Source: Myxococcales bacterium
Lineage (GTDB): Bacteria > Desulfobacterota > Binatia > HRBIN30
DNA length: 64,000 nt
Direction of reading: 5' to 3'
NCBI GenBank assembly: GCA_037445065.1
Contig: JBBILD010000010.1
Coordinates: 32,001-96,000, forward strand
The position numbers and the translations under genes were made by a program. Numbering within the stretch: the first letter of the stretch is position 1; the number at the start of each line of letters is the position of its first letter. This document shows, piece by piece, positions 48,701 through 57,945 of this stretch. Below the pieces are notes generated by a model. The model did not search any database. It was not told the DNA's origin and saw only the letters and a list, made by a program, of their open reading frames with translations.

Positions 48701-49458
48701 ATGAACTCGGTCGCATCGAAGCCTTGCGCCGCGATGCCTGGGAATGGCTCGAGCAGGCCAGCGCGCTCGGTGACCGCTACTCCGCTTGCGTCGCCTGGGA
48801 GTACTTCGGTTGGGCCTGCCTGCTGTTCGGTGACACTGCCACCGCGCGGCACGCCGTGCAGCGAGTGGAGGCACTTTGGATCCCAGCGGGGTTTCAGATG
48901 CAACATTTCTACGCCGCCCGACTGAGTGCCTATGCCGAGCTGGTGGACGGGCGTCCCGAAGCTGCCTGGGAACGAGCACAGGTGCTTTGGCAGAACGCTC
49001 GCGCGCATGGCCTACTCCGCCACGTCCTCCTCGGCCTCGATGCCGATCTGTTGCTCTTGCGCACCTGGGCCGCCCACGGGGCAGCCTTGGGTCACGGCAC
49101 CACCCGCCCGCCGCGCTGGCTTGCGCGGCGCGCCGCCGCTTTGCGCAAGAGCCCGCGCGCCGACGCTCGCGGCTATACCGCACTGGTCGAAGCCGGCAGT
49201 GCGGCCCTGCGGGGGAATGCAGAGGTCGCACGTGCGCAGTTGGCCGAGGCCGCCACCTGTTTCGAGGCGGCTCAAATGAGCTTGGCCCACCGCCTCGCCA
49301 CCTACCTGATCGGACCAAATGAGGTCACGGGACTGGCGCAACGCCCGCTTTGCACGGCCAGCACCGAGCAAACCAGCGCAAACCGACCCGATCTGCGGCT
49401 TCTCACACGCGTCTTCGCGCCCGGATTCGTTCGTGCCCCCCACTTTGACCGAGCCTGA
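45775..49458 (+). CDS. Ser/Thr protein kinase fused to AAA_16/STAND-like NTPase and helical (TPR-like) repeats
   Basis: LGGGSFGVV, VALK, HCDIKPSN, DFG, GTWAYMAPE; then FVGRDEE, Walker A GPAGIGKT, Walker B VWIEDLHWAD, GGSPL. Confidence 0.92.
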   Translation: MFPDHPRFRQLSFLGGGSFGVVFRAYDEELALEVALKTLIEANDADFYVLKREFRLVADVRHQNLIELFELFVSTSGQPFFTMEFVSGLPFNQAVQWRRRERPPVAADGNAGPEEAVVNRIHQLIAAVHCLHVAGVMHCDIKPSNVLVQDTGRVVVLDFGLAKRIVPVNPLLRVSTGGTWAYMAPELALGETATEVTDWYSVAALVYETVTGVPPFRGAPFEMLQQKRQWAAKKSLSPALPIPKLMWEMVLAGLDPDPRLRPEEEDWAELIGAHAAPAEPRAPVLQTRNVFVGRDEERAKLDAAFWRVLQGYPATVHVTGPAGIGKTQLIEHFLESLPNRHTACVLHGRCNPAEAVPFNAFDGIADELAAVLTELPGEQRPQLSPDQWKDLVTLFPVLRALSSQDAARADPTPSRRPIEERRSGFAAFRALLDRLSRLMPVVVWIEDLHWADADSHVLLHAVLRGVHQPSLLLILSYRKESDSIGLLSEPGTATPGAQPAWEERISLEPLPPAQARLLAEHYQRTANACATTDLEPLLYEAGGSPLLIVQLLAHARAGGAGRSSSASPSLGRILTERLRALPLPGRLMVEAAVVAGHPVPKQALIEAGGIGEKGRLALRQAEIGRQLRMLPGRGDTEVDVFHQRVGEALLVSIPAPTRAAHHSFWLRCALIQGEQDPERVLLHALGAGETRTAAEWAARAAQRAEGNLAFAHAADLYGQALTLATWPPAQALELEQRRAEALVSAGRGAEAAPLFAAVSTHAQGKERDVFLQRAAEQYLVSGLLGEGTAVLREVLRNAKLPYPRSGTAASLRVLGRIVRSYWKPRLGWGPRRAGANRWRVQLEAAESAAKGLAFVDPLRGQYFALRRLAAAKALGDQEQLALALCTTGATLLPIRGPFSRWARRLIAEGCSLAESQASPYVRATVCQTLAQVSMLECRWNEMSTLCEEALGLLQRHCPRQRWEVAVATMAKLRAEDELGRIEALRRDAWEWLEQASALGDRYSACVAWEYFGWACLLFGDTATARHAVQRVEALWIPAGFQMQHFYAARLSAYAELVDGRPEAAWERAQVLWQNARAHGLLRHVLLGLDADLLLLRTWAAHGAALGHGTTRPPRWLARRAAALRKSPRADARGYTALVEAGSAALRGNAEVARAQLAEAATCFEAAQMSLAHRLATYLIGPNEVTGLAQRPLCTASTEQTSANRPDLRLLTRVFAPGFVRAPHFDRA

Positions 49459-49502
49459 AGCTTCGGTACAAGGGCGCGGCAAACCGAGTCGAGGGTACGA
49501 AC

Positions 49503-50657
49503 ATGTACGAGCCAGGAGAGGACATTTACGGCAGTCCGGAGCACCGCGCGTTTCGCGACACGGTGCGGCGCTTCGTGCAAACCGAACTCGTGCCGCGAGC
49601 CCGCGAGTTCGACAAAATGGGCCGCATCGACAAGTCGCTCTACCGCAAGATGGGGCAGCTGGGCTTGCTCGGTATCCGCTACGACCCCAAGTACGGTGGC
49701 CTCGGGCTGGACTACTCCTACCACGCCATTTTTCTCGAAGAGATCGCCCTGTGCGACAATGCCGGCGTGGCCATGGGCATCTCGGTGCAAACCGACATGG
49801 CCACCCCCGCCTTGCATCGTTTCGGCAGCGAAGAACTCAAGCAGAAGTACCTGGTGCCTGCGATTCGCGGCGAAATGGTGGCGGCGATCGCGGTGACCGA
49901 ACCTGGAGCCGGCTCCGACGTGGCGCGCATTCAGACCCGCGCCGTGCGTGACGGCGATTACTGGGTGATCAACGGCTCGAAAATGTACATTACCAACGCG
50001 GCAACGGCGGACTGGCTGTGCTTGCTTGCGGTCACCGATCCGGAAGCTGGGTACAACGGCTTCACCCAAATCATCGTACCCACCGATACGCCGGGGTTCA
50101 GCTACAAGCTACTCGACAAAATCGGCAACATTGGCTCGGACACTGGGCTCTTGTTCTTCGACGATGTGCGCGTGCCGATCACCAACACCATTGGCGACCC
50201 CAGCCGCGGCTTCCAGCAACAAATGATGCAGTTTCAAGATGAACGCATGGTGCCGGTGGTCATGTCGCCGGTGCAGGCGCGGCAACTGTGGGAGATCACA
50301 CTCAAACACTGCCAGGAGCGGGTGGTGTTCGGAAAACCCTTGTCCAAGCATCAGGTAAACCAGCACCGCTTCGTGGACATGCTGATCCAAATCACCGCGG
50401 CGCAGGAGTTGGCTTACCGCTGCATCCGCCTCATGCAAAGCGGTGTGGACGCGACCAAGGAAATCTCCATGGCCAAGGTCTTCAACTCGAACATGCTGCA
50501 GTACGTAGCGACCACCTGCCTGCAACTCTTCGGGGGCGCCGGGTACTGCTGGGAGAATCCTGCCGCTCGCGCTTTCGTAGATTCACGCCTGCTGACCATT
50601 GGCGGCGGCGCGGACGAGGTGATGAAGCAAATCGTCGCCAAGCTGCTGCAAATCTGA
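49503..50657 (+). CDS. acyl-CoA dehydrogenase (AtuD/FadE13-like)
   Basis: [35 protein letters not shown]. Confidence 0.93.
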   Translation: MYEPGEDIYGSPEHRAFRDTVRRFVQTELVPRAREFDKMGRIDKSLYRKMGQLGLLGIRYDPKYGGLGLDYSYHAIFLEEIALCDNAGVAMGISVQTDMATPALHRFGSEELKQKYLVPAIRGEMVAAIAVTEPGAGSDVARIQTRAVRDGDYWVINGSKMYITNAATADWLCLLAVTDPEAGYNGFTQIIVPTDTPGFSYKLLDKIGNIGSDTGLLFFDDVRVPITNTIGDPSRGFQQQMMQFQDERMVPVVMSPVQARQLWEITLKHCQERVVFGKPLSKHQVNQHRFVDMLIQITAAQELAYRCIRLMQSGVDATKEISMAKVFNSNMLQYVATTCLQLFGGAGYCWENPAARAFVDSRLLTIGGGADEVMKQIVAKLLQI

Positions 50658-50670
50658 GCCCGCGCTGGCC

Positions 50671-52266
50671 ATGCCTGTTTTGCCGACCCGCATCGACCCC
50701 AAGTCCGAAGCCTTCCGCAGCAACTACCAGGCAATGCTCGAGCAAGTGCGCTTTCTCGAAGAGCAGCTTGCTCTGGCGCGCGCGGGAGGGGGCGAGAAGT
50801 ACGTGCAACGCCACCGGGAACGCGGCAAGCTCTTGCCGCGCGAGCGGATCGAGTTGCTGCTCGATCGGGACTCTCCGTTCCTCGAACTCTCACCGCTGGC
50901 GGCCTGGGGCACCGAGTACACGGTGGGAGCGGGTGTGGTCACGGGAATCGGGGTGGTCAGCGGCGTCGAGTGCGTCATTGTCGCCAACGATCCGACCGTC
51001 AAAGGCGGCGCGATCAACCCGTACGGCCTGCAAAAGAACCTGCGGGCCATGGAAATTGCAGCCAAGAACCGCCTCCCCCTGATCAACCTCACCGAGTCGG
51101 CCGGGGCAGACCTCCCCGTGCAAGCGCAAATCTTCGTGCCCGGAGGCAAGACCTTCCGCGAACTCACGCGTCGCTCGGCAGAGCGCATCCCCACCATTTG
51201 CCTCGTGTTCGGAAGCTCCACTGCCGGAGGCGCCTACGTGCCGGGCATGTCGGACTACGTGGTGATGGTCAAAGGGCAAGCCAAGGTTTTCCTCGGCGGG
51301 CCGCCACTGGTGAAAATGGCCACCAACGAGGATGCCGACGAAGAAACCCTAGGCGGAGCCGAGATGCACAGCCGCGTCTCCGGGGTATCGGACTACTTGG
51401 CCGAGGATGAGTACGATGCCATCCGCATCGGGCGCGAGATCGTTGCTCACCTGAACTGGCGCAAGCTCGGCGAAGCGCGGCTGCAGCAACCGGAAGACCC
51501 TCGGTACGACCCGGATGAGCTTCTCGGCATCGGTTCGATGGATTTGCGCAAACCGTTCGAGGTGCGCGAAGTGATTGCGCGCATCGTAGATGGCTCGCGA
51601 TTCGAGGAATTCAAAGCCAACTACGGCACAACCCTGGTCACTGGTTGGGCTCACCTACACGGGTTCCCGCTCGGCATCGTCGCCAACAACGGGATTTTGT
51701 TTTCCGAATCCTCGCAAAAGGCGGCCCAATTCATCCAGCTCTGCAACAAGATCGACGTGCCGATTTTGTTCTTGCAAAACATCACCGGCTACATGGTCGG
51801 GGTCCAGTACGAACAAGGGGGGATCATCAAGGACGGCGCAAAAATGATCAACGCGGTCGCGAACTCTACCGTGCCGATGTTTACCGTGATGATCGGCAGC
51901 TCCTACGGAGCCGGCAATTACGGAATGTGTGGGCGGGCCTACGACCCGCGCTTTTTGTTTACCTGGCCCAACCACCGCATCGCGGTGATGGGTCCGGAAC
52001 AGCTTGCCGGGGTCATGTCCATCGTGCGCCGTCAAGCGGCCGAGCGCGCTGGCCAAACCTATGACGAGGAGCAAGACCGGCTCGTGCGGCAGATGGTCAT
52101 CGAACAAATCGAGAAGGAGTCCAACGCGTTTTATGCAACCGCCCGCATCTGGGACGATGGTATCATTGACCCGCGCCAGACGCGCAACGTACTGGCCATC
52201 GCCCTCAGCGCATCCTTCAGCAACTTGGTGCGCGGCACCGATACCTACGGTGTGTTCCGGATGTGA
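50671..52266 (+). CDS. acyl-CoA carboxylase carboxyltransferase subunit (AtuC/AccD2-like)
   Basis: [48 protein letters not shown]-terminal GVFRM. Confidence 0.93.
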   Translation: MPVLPTRIDPKSEAFRSNYQAMLEQVRFLEEQLALARAGGGEKYVQRHRERGKLLPRERIELLLDRDSPFLELSPLAAWGTEYTVGAGVVTGIGVVSGVECVIVANDPTVKGGAINPYGLQKNLRAMEIAAKNRLPLINLTESAGADLPVQAQIFVPGGKTFRELTRRSAERIPTICLVFGSSTAGGAYVPGMSDYVVMVKGQAKVFLGGPPLVKMATNEDADEETLGGAEMHSRVSGVSDYLAEDEYDAIRIGREIVAHLNWRKLGEARLQQPEDPRYDPDELLGIGSMDLRKPFEVREVIARIVDGSRFEEFKANYGTTLVTGWAHLHGFPLGIVANNGILFSESSQKAAQFIQLCNKIDVPILFLQNITGYMVGVQYEQGGIIKDGAKMINAVANSTVPMFTVMIGSSYGAGNYGMCGRAYDPRFLFTWPNHRIAVMGPEQLAGVMSIVRRQAAERAGQTYDEEQDRLVRQMVIEQIEKESNAFYATARIWDDGIIDPRQTRNVLAIALSASFSNLVRGTDTYGVFRM

Positions 52267-52284
52267 GCGAGCAGGACGGAGAGT

Positions 52285-54285
52285 ATGAAACCCATCCGCA
52301 AAGTATTGGTGGCAAACCGCGGGGAGATCGCACGGCGCATTTTCCGCGCCTGCCGTGCCCTCGGCTTCGAAACCGTAGCCGTGTATGCCGACCCTGATCG
52401 CGAGGCACCGTTCGTACGCGAGGCGGACGAGGCAGTCTACATCGGCTCGCCGGTCACCGGCGGATCGTTTCTGGCATTCGAAGCGATTTTGCACGCCGCG
52501 GCGCTCACCGGCGCCGATGCTGTGCATCCTGGCTACGGTTTTCTGGCAGAAAACGCAGACTTCGCGGAAGCCTGCGAACGACAAGGTCTTTGTTTTGTGG
52601 GGCCGCCGGTTGCAGCAATCCGTGCCATGGGCACCAAAATCGATGCGAAAACCATCGCCCAAAACGCTGGCGTACCGATCATTCCGGGCTTTTCTGCTGC
52701 CGGGCTCAGCGACGAGGAGATCGTGCGCAGAGCGCGCCAGTTGCGCTTTCCCCTCCTGGTCAAAGCCTCGGCCGGTGGCGGGGGAAAAGGCATGCGCCGG
52801 GTGGACTCACCGGAGGCTCTGGCGGCGGCGCTGGCTCCGGCGCGGCGAGAGGCACAAGCCGCTTTCGGTGACGACACGTTGCTGATCGAGCGATACATCG
52901 AACATCCGCGCCACATCGAAATCCAAATTTTTGGCGACCAGCACGGAAACATCGTGCACTTGTTCGAGCGCGAGTGCTCCATCCAACGCCGCTACCAAAA
53001 AATCATCGAGGAGGCACCTTCGCCTTTCGTCAACGATGTGTTGCGCGAGCGCATGGGGGCAGCCGCCGTCGCACTCGCTCGTAGCCTCGGGTACTACAGC
53101 GCCGGGACCGTCGAGTTCGTGGTCGACCGCGATGGGAACTTTTACTTCCTCGAGGTCAACACGCGCCTGCAAGTCGAGCATCCCGTCACCGAAGAAATCA
53201 CCGGCATCGATCTAGTCCAGCTCCAGTTCTCCGTGGCGCAAGGGGAGCCACTCCCGTTTGCGCAAGAAGACTTGTGCATCTCCGGGCATGCGATCGAGGC
53301 GCGCTTGTACGCGGAAGATCCCGAACACGATTTCTTGCCGTCTACCGGCACACTGGCCGTTTGGCAACCGCGCCCAAGCACCGGAGTTCGCTACGAAAGC
53401 GGAGTGGAGGCCGGGTCCGCGGTCACCATTCACTACGACCCGATGCTCGCCAAGATCATTGCCCGCGGCTCTCATCGCACCCAGGCCATACGCCGCTTGC
53501 GCACGGCGCTGGCCTCGCTGCGGGTCCACGGCGTGCGCACCAACCGCGACTTCTTGCTTGCCATTCTGGACCATCCGGAATTTGCCGCCGGAGCCACCGA
53601 CACCCACTTTATCCCCCGCCACTTCCCGACGTTCTCGCGCAACCAAACCGGGCAGACCGATCGCTTGCATGCCCTCGCCGCCGCACTCTGGGAACAAGCC
53701 GAACGGCGCCGCGCCTCGCCTGTGCTGCGCTCTCTACCCTCCGGCTGGCGCAACAACCCGAGCCAACGGCAGTGGTGCGAGTACGCCGCCGGAGCCGACA
53801 CAGTACGGGTGGAGTACCGAGTCCTGGAGCGGGGAGAGGTCGAGGCGCTCGTGAACGGCGCACCTCACAACGCCCGCATCGTGAGCGCGGATGGCGCTGG
53901 TATCGCGCTCGAGGTGGACCAGGTGCGCCGCTACTTCGAGGTGGTGGCACAAGGAGAATGGCGGTACGTAGACAGCGTCCTGGGCAGCAGCGCCTTGCGG
54001 GAGCTACCGCGCTTCCCGGAACCGCAGAGCGAGCGGGTGGAGGGCGGCTGCAGCGCGCCGATGCCAGGCAAAATCATTGACGTGCGCGTGCGCGCCGGAG
54101 ACCGGGTCCGCCGTGGCGACGTGCTGGTCATCCTGGAGGCCATGAAGATGGAACACGAAGTCAGTGCGCCTGCCGACGGCGTGGTGCGCGAGGTGCGGGT
54201 CGAGGTTGGGCAACAAGTGGAAGCCGGAAGTCTCCTAGTCGTACTGGAGGAAACCACCAGTGAGGAGGGAAGAGCCAATGAGTGA
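52285..54285 (+). CDS. acyl-CoA carboxylase biotin carboxylase/BCCP subunit (AtuF/AccA2-like)
   Basis: VANRGEIA, HPGYGFLAEN, GGGGKGMR, RECSIQRR, EVNTRLQVEH, biotin site EAMKME. Confidence 0.95.
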   Translation: MKPIRKVLVANRGEIARRIFRACRALGFETVAVYADPDREAPFVREADEAVYIGSPVTGGSFLAFEAILHAAALTGADAVHPGYGFLAENADFAEACERQGLCFVGPPVAAIRAMGTKIDAKTIAQNAGVPIIPGFSAAGLSDEEIVRRARQLRFPLLVKASAGGGGKGMRRVDSPEALAAALAPARREAQAAFGDDTLLIERYIEHPRHIEIQIFGDQHGNIVHLFERECSIQRRYQKIIEEAPSPFVNDVLRERMGAAAVALARSLGYYSAGTVEFVVDRDGNFYFLEVNTRLQVEHPVTEEITGIDLVQLQFSVAQGEPLPFAQEDLCISGHAIEARLYAEDPEHDFLPSTGTLAVWQPRPSTGVRYESGVEAGSAVTIHYDPMLAKIIARGSHRTQAIRRLRTALASLRVHGVRTNRDFLLAILDHPEFAAGATDTHFIPRHFPTFSRNQTGQTDRLHALAAALWEQAERRRASPVLRSLPSGWRNNPSQRQWCEYAAGADTVRVEYRVLERGEVEALVNGAPHNARIVSADGAGIALEVDQVRRYFEVVAQGEWRYVDSVLGSSALRELPRFPEPQSERVEGGCSAPMPGKIIDVRVRAGDRVRRGDVLVILEAMKMEHEVSAPADGVVREVRVEVGQQVEAGSLLVVLEETTSEEGRANE

Positions 54286-55039
54286 CCCGGTACTCTACGA
54301 GGTCGAGGGCTTCGCTGCACGCCTCACCTTAGCCCGGCCGGAGCGCCGGAATGCTCTTAGCGACGATTTGGTGGATGCTCTCCTCAGCGGCCTGCGGCGC
54401 GCGCTGGCCGACGAGCACGTGCGGGTGGTGGTGCTGACCGCGCAAGGCAACACGTTCTGCGCAGGAGCGGATCTCAAGGCCGGAGGCGTCGCACGGCGCA
54501 GCGGCGAACAACCCTTCGTAACGCTACTCCGGACTTTGTGGGACTCCCCAAAGCCCGTCATCGGCTGCATCCCTGGTTCGGCCTACGGCGGCGGGGTTGG
54601 ACTCATGGCTGCGTGCGACCTCGTGCTCGCCGCCGAGGAGGCGAGTTTTGCCTTTAGCGAGGTGCGCATCGGGGTGGTTCCAGCAATGATTTCGGTCGTG
54701 GTGCTGCCTAAAATCGGCATCCAGCACGGCATGTGGCTCTTTCTCACGGGCGAGCGCTTCGATGCCCGGCGCGCCCAGGAAATCGGGCTCGTGCACCGCG
54801 TTCTGCCGCGGCAGGAACTCAGCCGCGGCTTGCAGGAACTCCTCGAGATGTTGCGCCTTGCCGGGCCGAAAGCCCTACAGCACGCCAAGTGGCTGGTTCG
54901 CAACGTGCCTGGCATGCCCATGCAAGAAGCCTTCGCCCGCACGAGTACTCTGATCGCTGAGCTGTTCGCTTCCCCCGAGGCACAAGAAGGCATGCGCGCC
55001 TTCGCGGAGAAGCGCCAGCCAAGCTGGGCGAGCGAGTGA
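54278..55039 (+). CDS. enoyl-CoA hydratase (methylglutaconyl/isohexenylglutaconyl-CoA hydratase-like)
   Basis: RPERRNAL, FCAGADL, GGGVGL, FSEVRIG, EGMRAFAEKR. Follows the carboxylase genes. Confidence 0.9.
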   Translation: MSDPVLYEVEGFAARLTLARPERRNALSDDLVDALLSGLRRALADEHVRVVVLTAQGNTFCAGADLKAGGVARRSGEQPFVTLLRTLWDSPKPVIGCIPGSAYGGGVGLMAACDLVLAAEEASFAFSEVRIGVVPAMISVVVLPKIGIQHGMWLFLTGERFDARRAQEIGLVHRVLPRQELSRGLQELLEMLRLAGPKALQHAKWLVRNVPGMPMQEAFARTSTLIAELFASPEAQEGMRAFAEKRQPSWASE

Positions 55040-55142
55040 GGGTGGATCGAAGGGGAATGTCCTACACTGCAGCACCGAGGTTTTCCTGCGCAACGATGGG
55101 ACGCACGAAACGGGAACAGGAAGATTTTGTTCGCTGAGAGCC

Positions 55143-56546
55143 ATGACCCAGGCTGAACGACTGGCCACCTTTGCTTGCAACGCACGCTTCGAGCAGCTTT
55201 CCCCGGAGGCCCGCCAGGCACTGAAGACCCGGATTCTCGACGCACTCGGTTGTGCCCTCGGGGCCCTGGGCGGCGAGCCGATGCGTGCCTTGCGACGGCA
55301 CTTGCGGAGCGTTGGAGGCAAGCGGCTCAGCACCTTGATTGGCGGAGGAAAAACAGCTCCGGACCGCGCTGCATTCTTTAACTCCGCCCTGGTGCGGTAC
55401 TTGGACTTCAACGACAGCTACCTCGCCAAAGGCGAAACTTGCCACCCGAGCGACAACTTCGGTGCGGTGCTGGCTGCTTGCGATCACTTGGACCGGAGCG
55501 GCGATGAGCTCTTGACTTCGCTCGCTGTCGCCTACCAAGTGCAGTGTCGCTTGAGTGATGCCGCGCCGGTCCGGCACAAGGGTTTCGACCACACGACGCA
55601 GGGATCTTATGCAGTAGCCGCCGGTGTGGCCCGCGCACTACGACTGCCACCTCAGCAGGCCGCACATGCCATCGCCCTGGCGGGCACCGCACTCAATGCG
55701 CTGCGGGTGACCCGTACCGGGCAGCTTTCCCATTGGAAAGGGCTTGCTTACCCGCATACCGCGTTTGCCGCCACCCACCTGACCTACCTCGCCGCGCAGG
55801 GAATCACTGGCCCTATCGAAGTGTTCGAGGGAAACAAAGGCTTTTGCGAAGCCATTGCCGGGCCGTTTTCGATCGACTGGCAGCGCGAAGATCTCGAACG
55901 CGTGCGGCGCACGATCGTGAAGAAATACAACGCCGAGATCCACTCGCAGTCGGTTCTCGAGGGCGTGCTCGAGCTCCGCGAGACTCACCACTTCACGGGC
56001 GAAGATGTGGTACAAGTCCGCATTGACATCTTCGACGTGGCCTATCACATCATCGGCGGTGGTGAGGAAGGGAACAAGATCATCGTACGCACCAAGGAAG
56101 AAGCCGACCACAGCCTGCCATACATGGTAGCGGTTGCGCTGCTCGACGGAGAGGTGTGGCCGGAACAGTACCGACCGGAACGGATCGCGCGCCAGGATGT
56201 GCAGTCCTTGCTGCGCCGAGTAAACGTGCGCCCGGATCCCGAGTTCAGCCGCCGCTTCCCGGAGGAAATGCCTTGCCGGATCCAGGTAGAGCTACGCGAC
56301 GGGCGCATCTTGCAAGCGGAAAAGCGCGACTACGAAGGCTTTCACACCCGGCCCATGCCGTGGCAGGCAGTGGTAACCAAGTTTCGCCGCTTGGCGGCTT
56401 CGTCTTTGCCCGCGGCGCTTCTTACCCAAGTGATCGAACTGGTAGAACAACTGGACAACATCCGAGTGCGCGATCTGACAGCGCTGCTCGCACGCGGTCG
56501 AATCCCTCGTGGCAAACGGAGAGAACCTCATGGCGAAACAAGGTAG
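55143..56546 (+). CDS. MmgE/PrpD family protein (2-methylcitrate dehydratase-like)
   Basis: RYLDFND, CHPSDN, GFDH, RTGQLSHWKG, AEIHSQS, EEADHSLPY. Confidence 0.92.
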   Translation: MTQAERLATFACNARFEQLSPEARQALKTRILDALGCALGALGGEPMRALRRHLRSVGGKRLSTLIGGGKTAPDRAAFFNSALVRYLDFNDSYLAKGETCHPSDNFGAVLAACDHLDRSGDELLTSLAVAYQVQCRLSDAAPVRHKGFDHTTQGSYAVAAGVARALRLPPQQAAHAIALAGTALNALRVTRTGQLSHWKGLAYPHTAFAATHLTYLAAQGITGPIEVFEGNKGFCEAIAGPFSIDWQREDLERVRRTIVKKYNAEIHSQSVLEGVLELRETHHFTGEDVVQVRIDIFDVAYHIIGGGEEGNKIIVRTKEEADHSLPYMVAVALLDGEVWPEQYRPERIARQDVQSLLRRVNVRPDPEFSRRFPEEMPCRIQVELRDGRILQAEKRDYEGFHTRPMPWQAVVTKFRRLAASSLPAALLTQVIELVEQLDNIRVRDLTALLARGRIPRGKRREPHGETR

Positions 56547-57369
56547 GGACGAGGAGCGAGCGTTTTCCTTTTTGCCCCTGAACGAGCGCGAACCAAAGCC
56601 GCGACGGCGGGGCGTTACAGAAATCCGCGGCCCGTATTACACGCCCATGGGCACGCGCTACCTCGAGGACATACTGGAAACCATGGGTCGCTATGTGGAT
56701 GCACTCAAATTCGCTGGCGGCTCGTTTGCGCTCATGCCGCGGCGGGCTGTGCGCGCGCTCATCGAACTGTGCCACCGCCACGAAGTGCTGGTATCCACGG
56801 GCGGGTTTGTCGAACGCGTCCTGACGTACGGCCGCGACGCCGTGGATGCCTATTTGAAGGAGTGCAAGGACTTGGGCTTCGACATCATCGAGGTGTCCAC
56901 AGGGTTCATCACCCTGCCCGCAGACGACTGGCTGCGGCTGGTCGAGCGGGTCCACAAGCTCGGGCTCAAGGCAAAGCCGGAGGTCGGGATCCAGTTCGGC
57001 GCCGGCGGCGCCACCAGCGCAGCCGAACTTGCCGCTGAGGGAACCCGGGATGTTGGCTGGGCGGTCGAGCAGGCAAAGCGTTTTCTCGACGCCGGAGCGT
57101 ACATGATCCTGGTGGAATCCGAAGGCATCACCGAAAGCGTGACCGAGTGGCGCACCGACGTCCCAGGTCGCTTTGTCAGTGCTCTCGGGCTGGAAAACGT
57201 GATGTTCGAGGCGGCGGATCCAGCAGTGTTTGCTTGGTACGTGAAGAATTACGGGCCAGAGGTGAACCTGTTCATTGACCACAGTCAGATCGTCCAGCTC
57301 GAGGCACTCCGTTCCGGCATTTGGGGGACCAAGAGCCTGTGGGGGCGCGTGGTCACCTTCAAAGGCTGA
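56530..57369 (+). CDS. phosphosulfolactate synthase (ComA) family, HSA32-like subgroup
   Basis: KPR..GVTEIRGPYY, LKFAGGS, STGG, IEVSTG, KPEVG, ILVESEG, FEA, GPEVNLF, LEALRSG. Overlaps the prpD-like gene. Confidence 0.88.
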   Translation: MAKQGRDEERAFSFLPLNEREPKPRRRGVTEIRGPYYTPMGTRYLEDILETMGRYVDALKFAGGSFALMPRRAVRALIELCHRHEVLVSTGGFVERVLTYGRDAVDAYLKECKDLGFDIIEVSTGFITLPADDWLRLVERVHKLGLKAKPEVGIQFGAGGATSAAELAAEGTRDVGWAVEQAKRFLDAGAYMILVESEGITESVTEWRTDVPGRFVSALGLENVMFEAADPAVFAWYVKNYGPEVNLFIDHSQIVQLEALRSGIWGTKSLWGRVVTFKG

Positions 57370-57378
57370 GGGCTCGCA

Positions 57379-57945
57379 TCAGGAACGAGGCGGGTACTTG
57401 CGCAGCTTTCGCTGGAGCGAGCGACGGTGCATGCCCAGCCGCCGGGCAGCTTCCGAGACATTTCCACCACAATCGGCCAAAACGCGGTTGATGTGTTCCC
57501 ATTCGGCGCGGGCCAGCGAGGGAGCCACGTATTCGGGCGATGGTTCCAGAGGAGGTGCGCTGGCACGGGCAAAGGCCGCGAGCACATCGTCCGCATCGGC
57601 CGGCTTGCTCACGTAGTACGCAGCACCCAGGCGAATCGCCTCGATTGCGGTCGCAATGCTGCCGTAGCCGGTGAGTACCAAGATTTTCGTGCCGGCGCAG
57701 AGGGCATGCAGGTCGCGAGTCAGCTCCAAACCCGAACGCCCGACCAGCCGCAAGTCAATCACGGCCAAATCCGGGGGCTGCTCGCGGGCAAGCTCCATGG
57801 CTTGCTCGTAGCCCGCCGCGCTGCGCACCTTGAGCCCGCGCTGGAGCAGCGCTCGAGCCAGGCGCTCGCGAAACACCTCGTCGTCATCCACCAAGAGCAG
57901 GTCCTTCCCCTTGAACTCAGCTACCGGCTCGACTGCCTCGTCCAT
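57379..57945 (-). CDS. regA: RegA/PrrA/ActR family response regulator
   Basis: LLLVDDD, VIDLRL, LTGYGSIATA, EWEHI, HTH NVSEAARRLGMHRRSLQRKL. Confidence 0.93.
   Translation of the reverse strand: MDEAVEPVAEFKGKDLLLVDDDEVFRERLARALLQRGLKVRSAAGYEQAMELAREQPPDLAVIDLRLVGRSGLELTRDLHALCAGTKILVLTGYGSIATAIEAIRLGAAYYVSKPADADDVLAAFARASAPPLEPSPEYVAPSLARAEWEHINRVLADCGGNVSEAARRLGMHRRSLQRKLRKYPPRS

Noticed and set aside
56530..57369. Evidence for coenzyme M biosynthesis or methanogenesis
   Set aside because: Motifs fit the HSA32-like subgroup, and no other com/xcb genes are present in the window.
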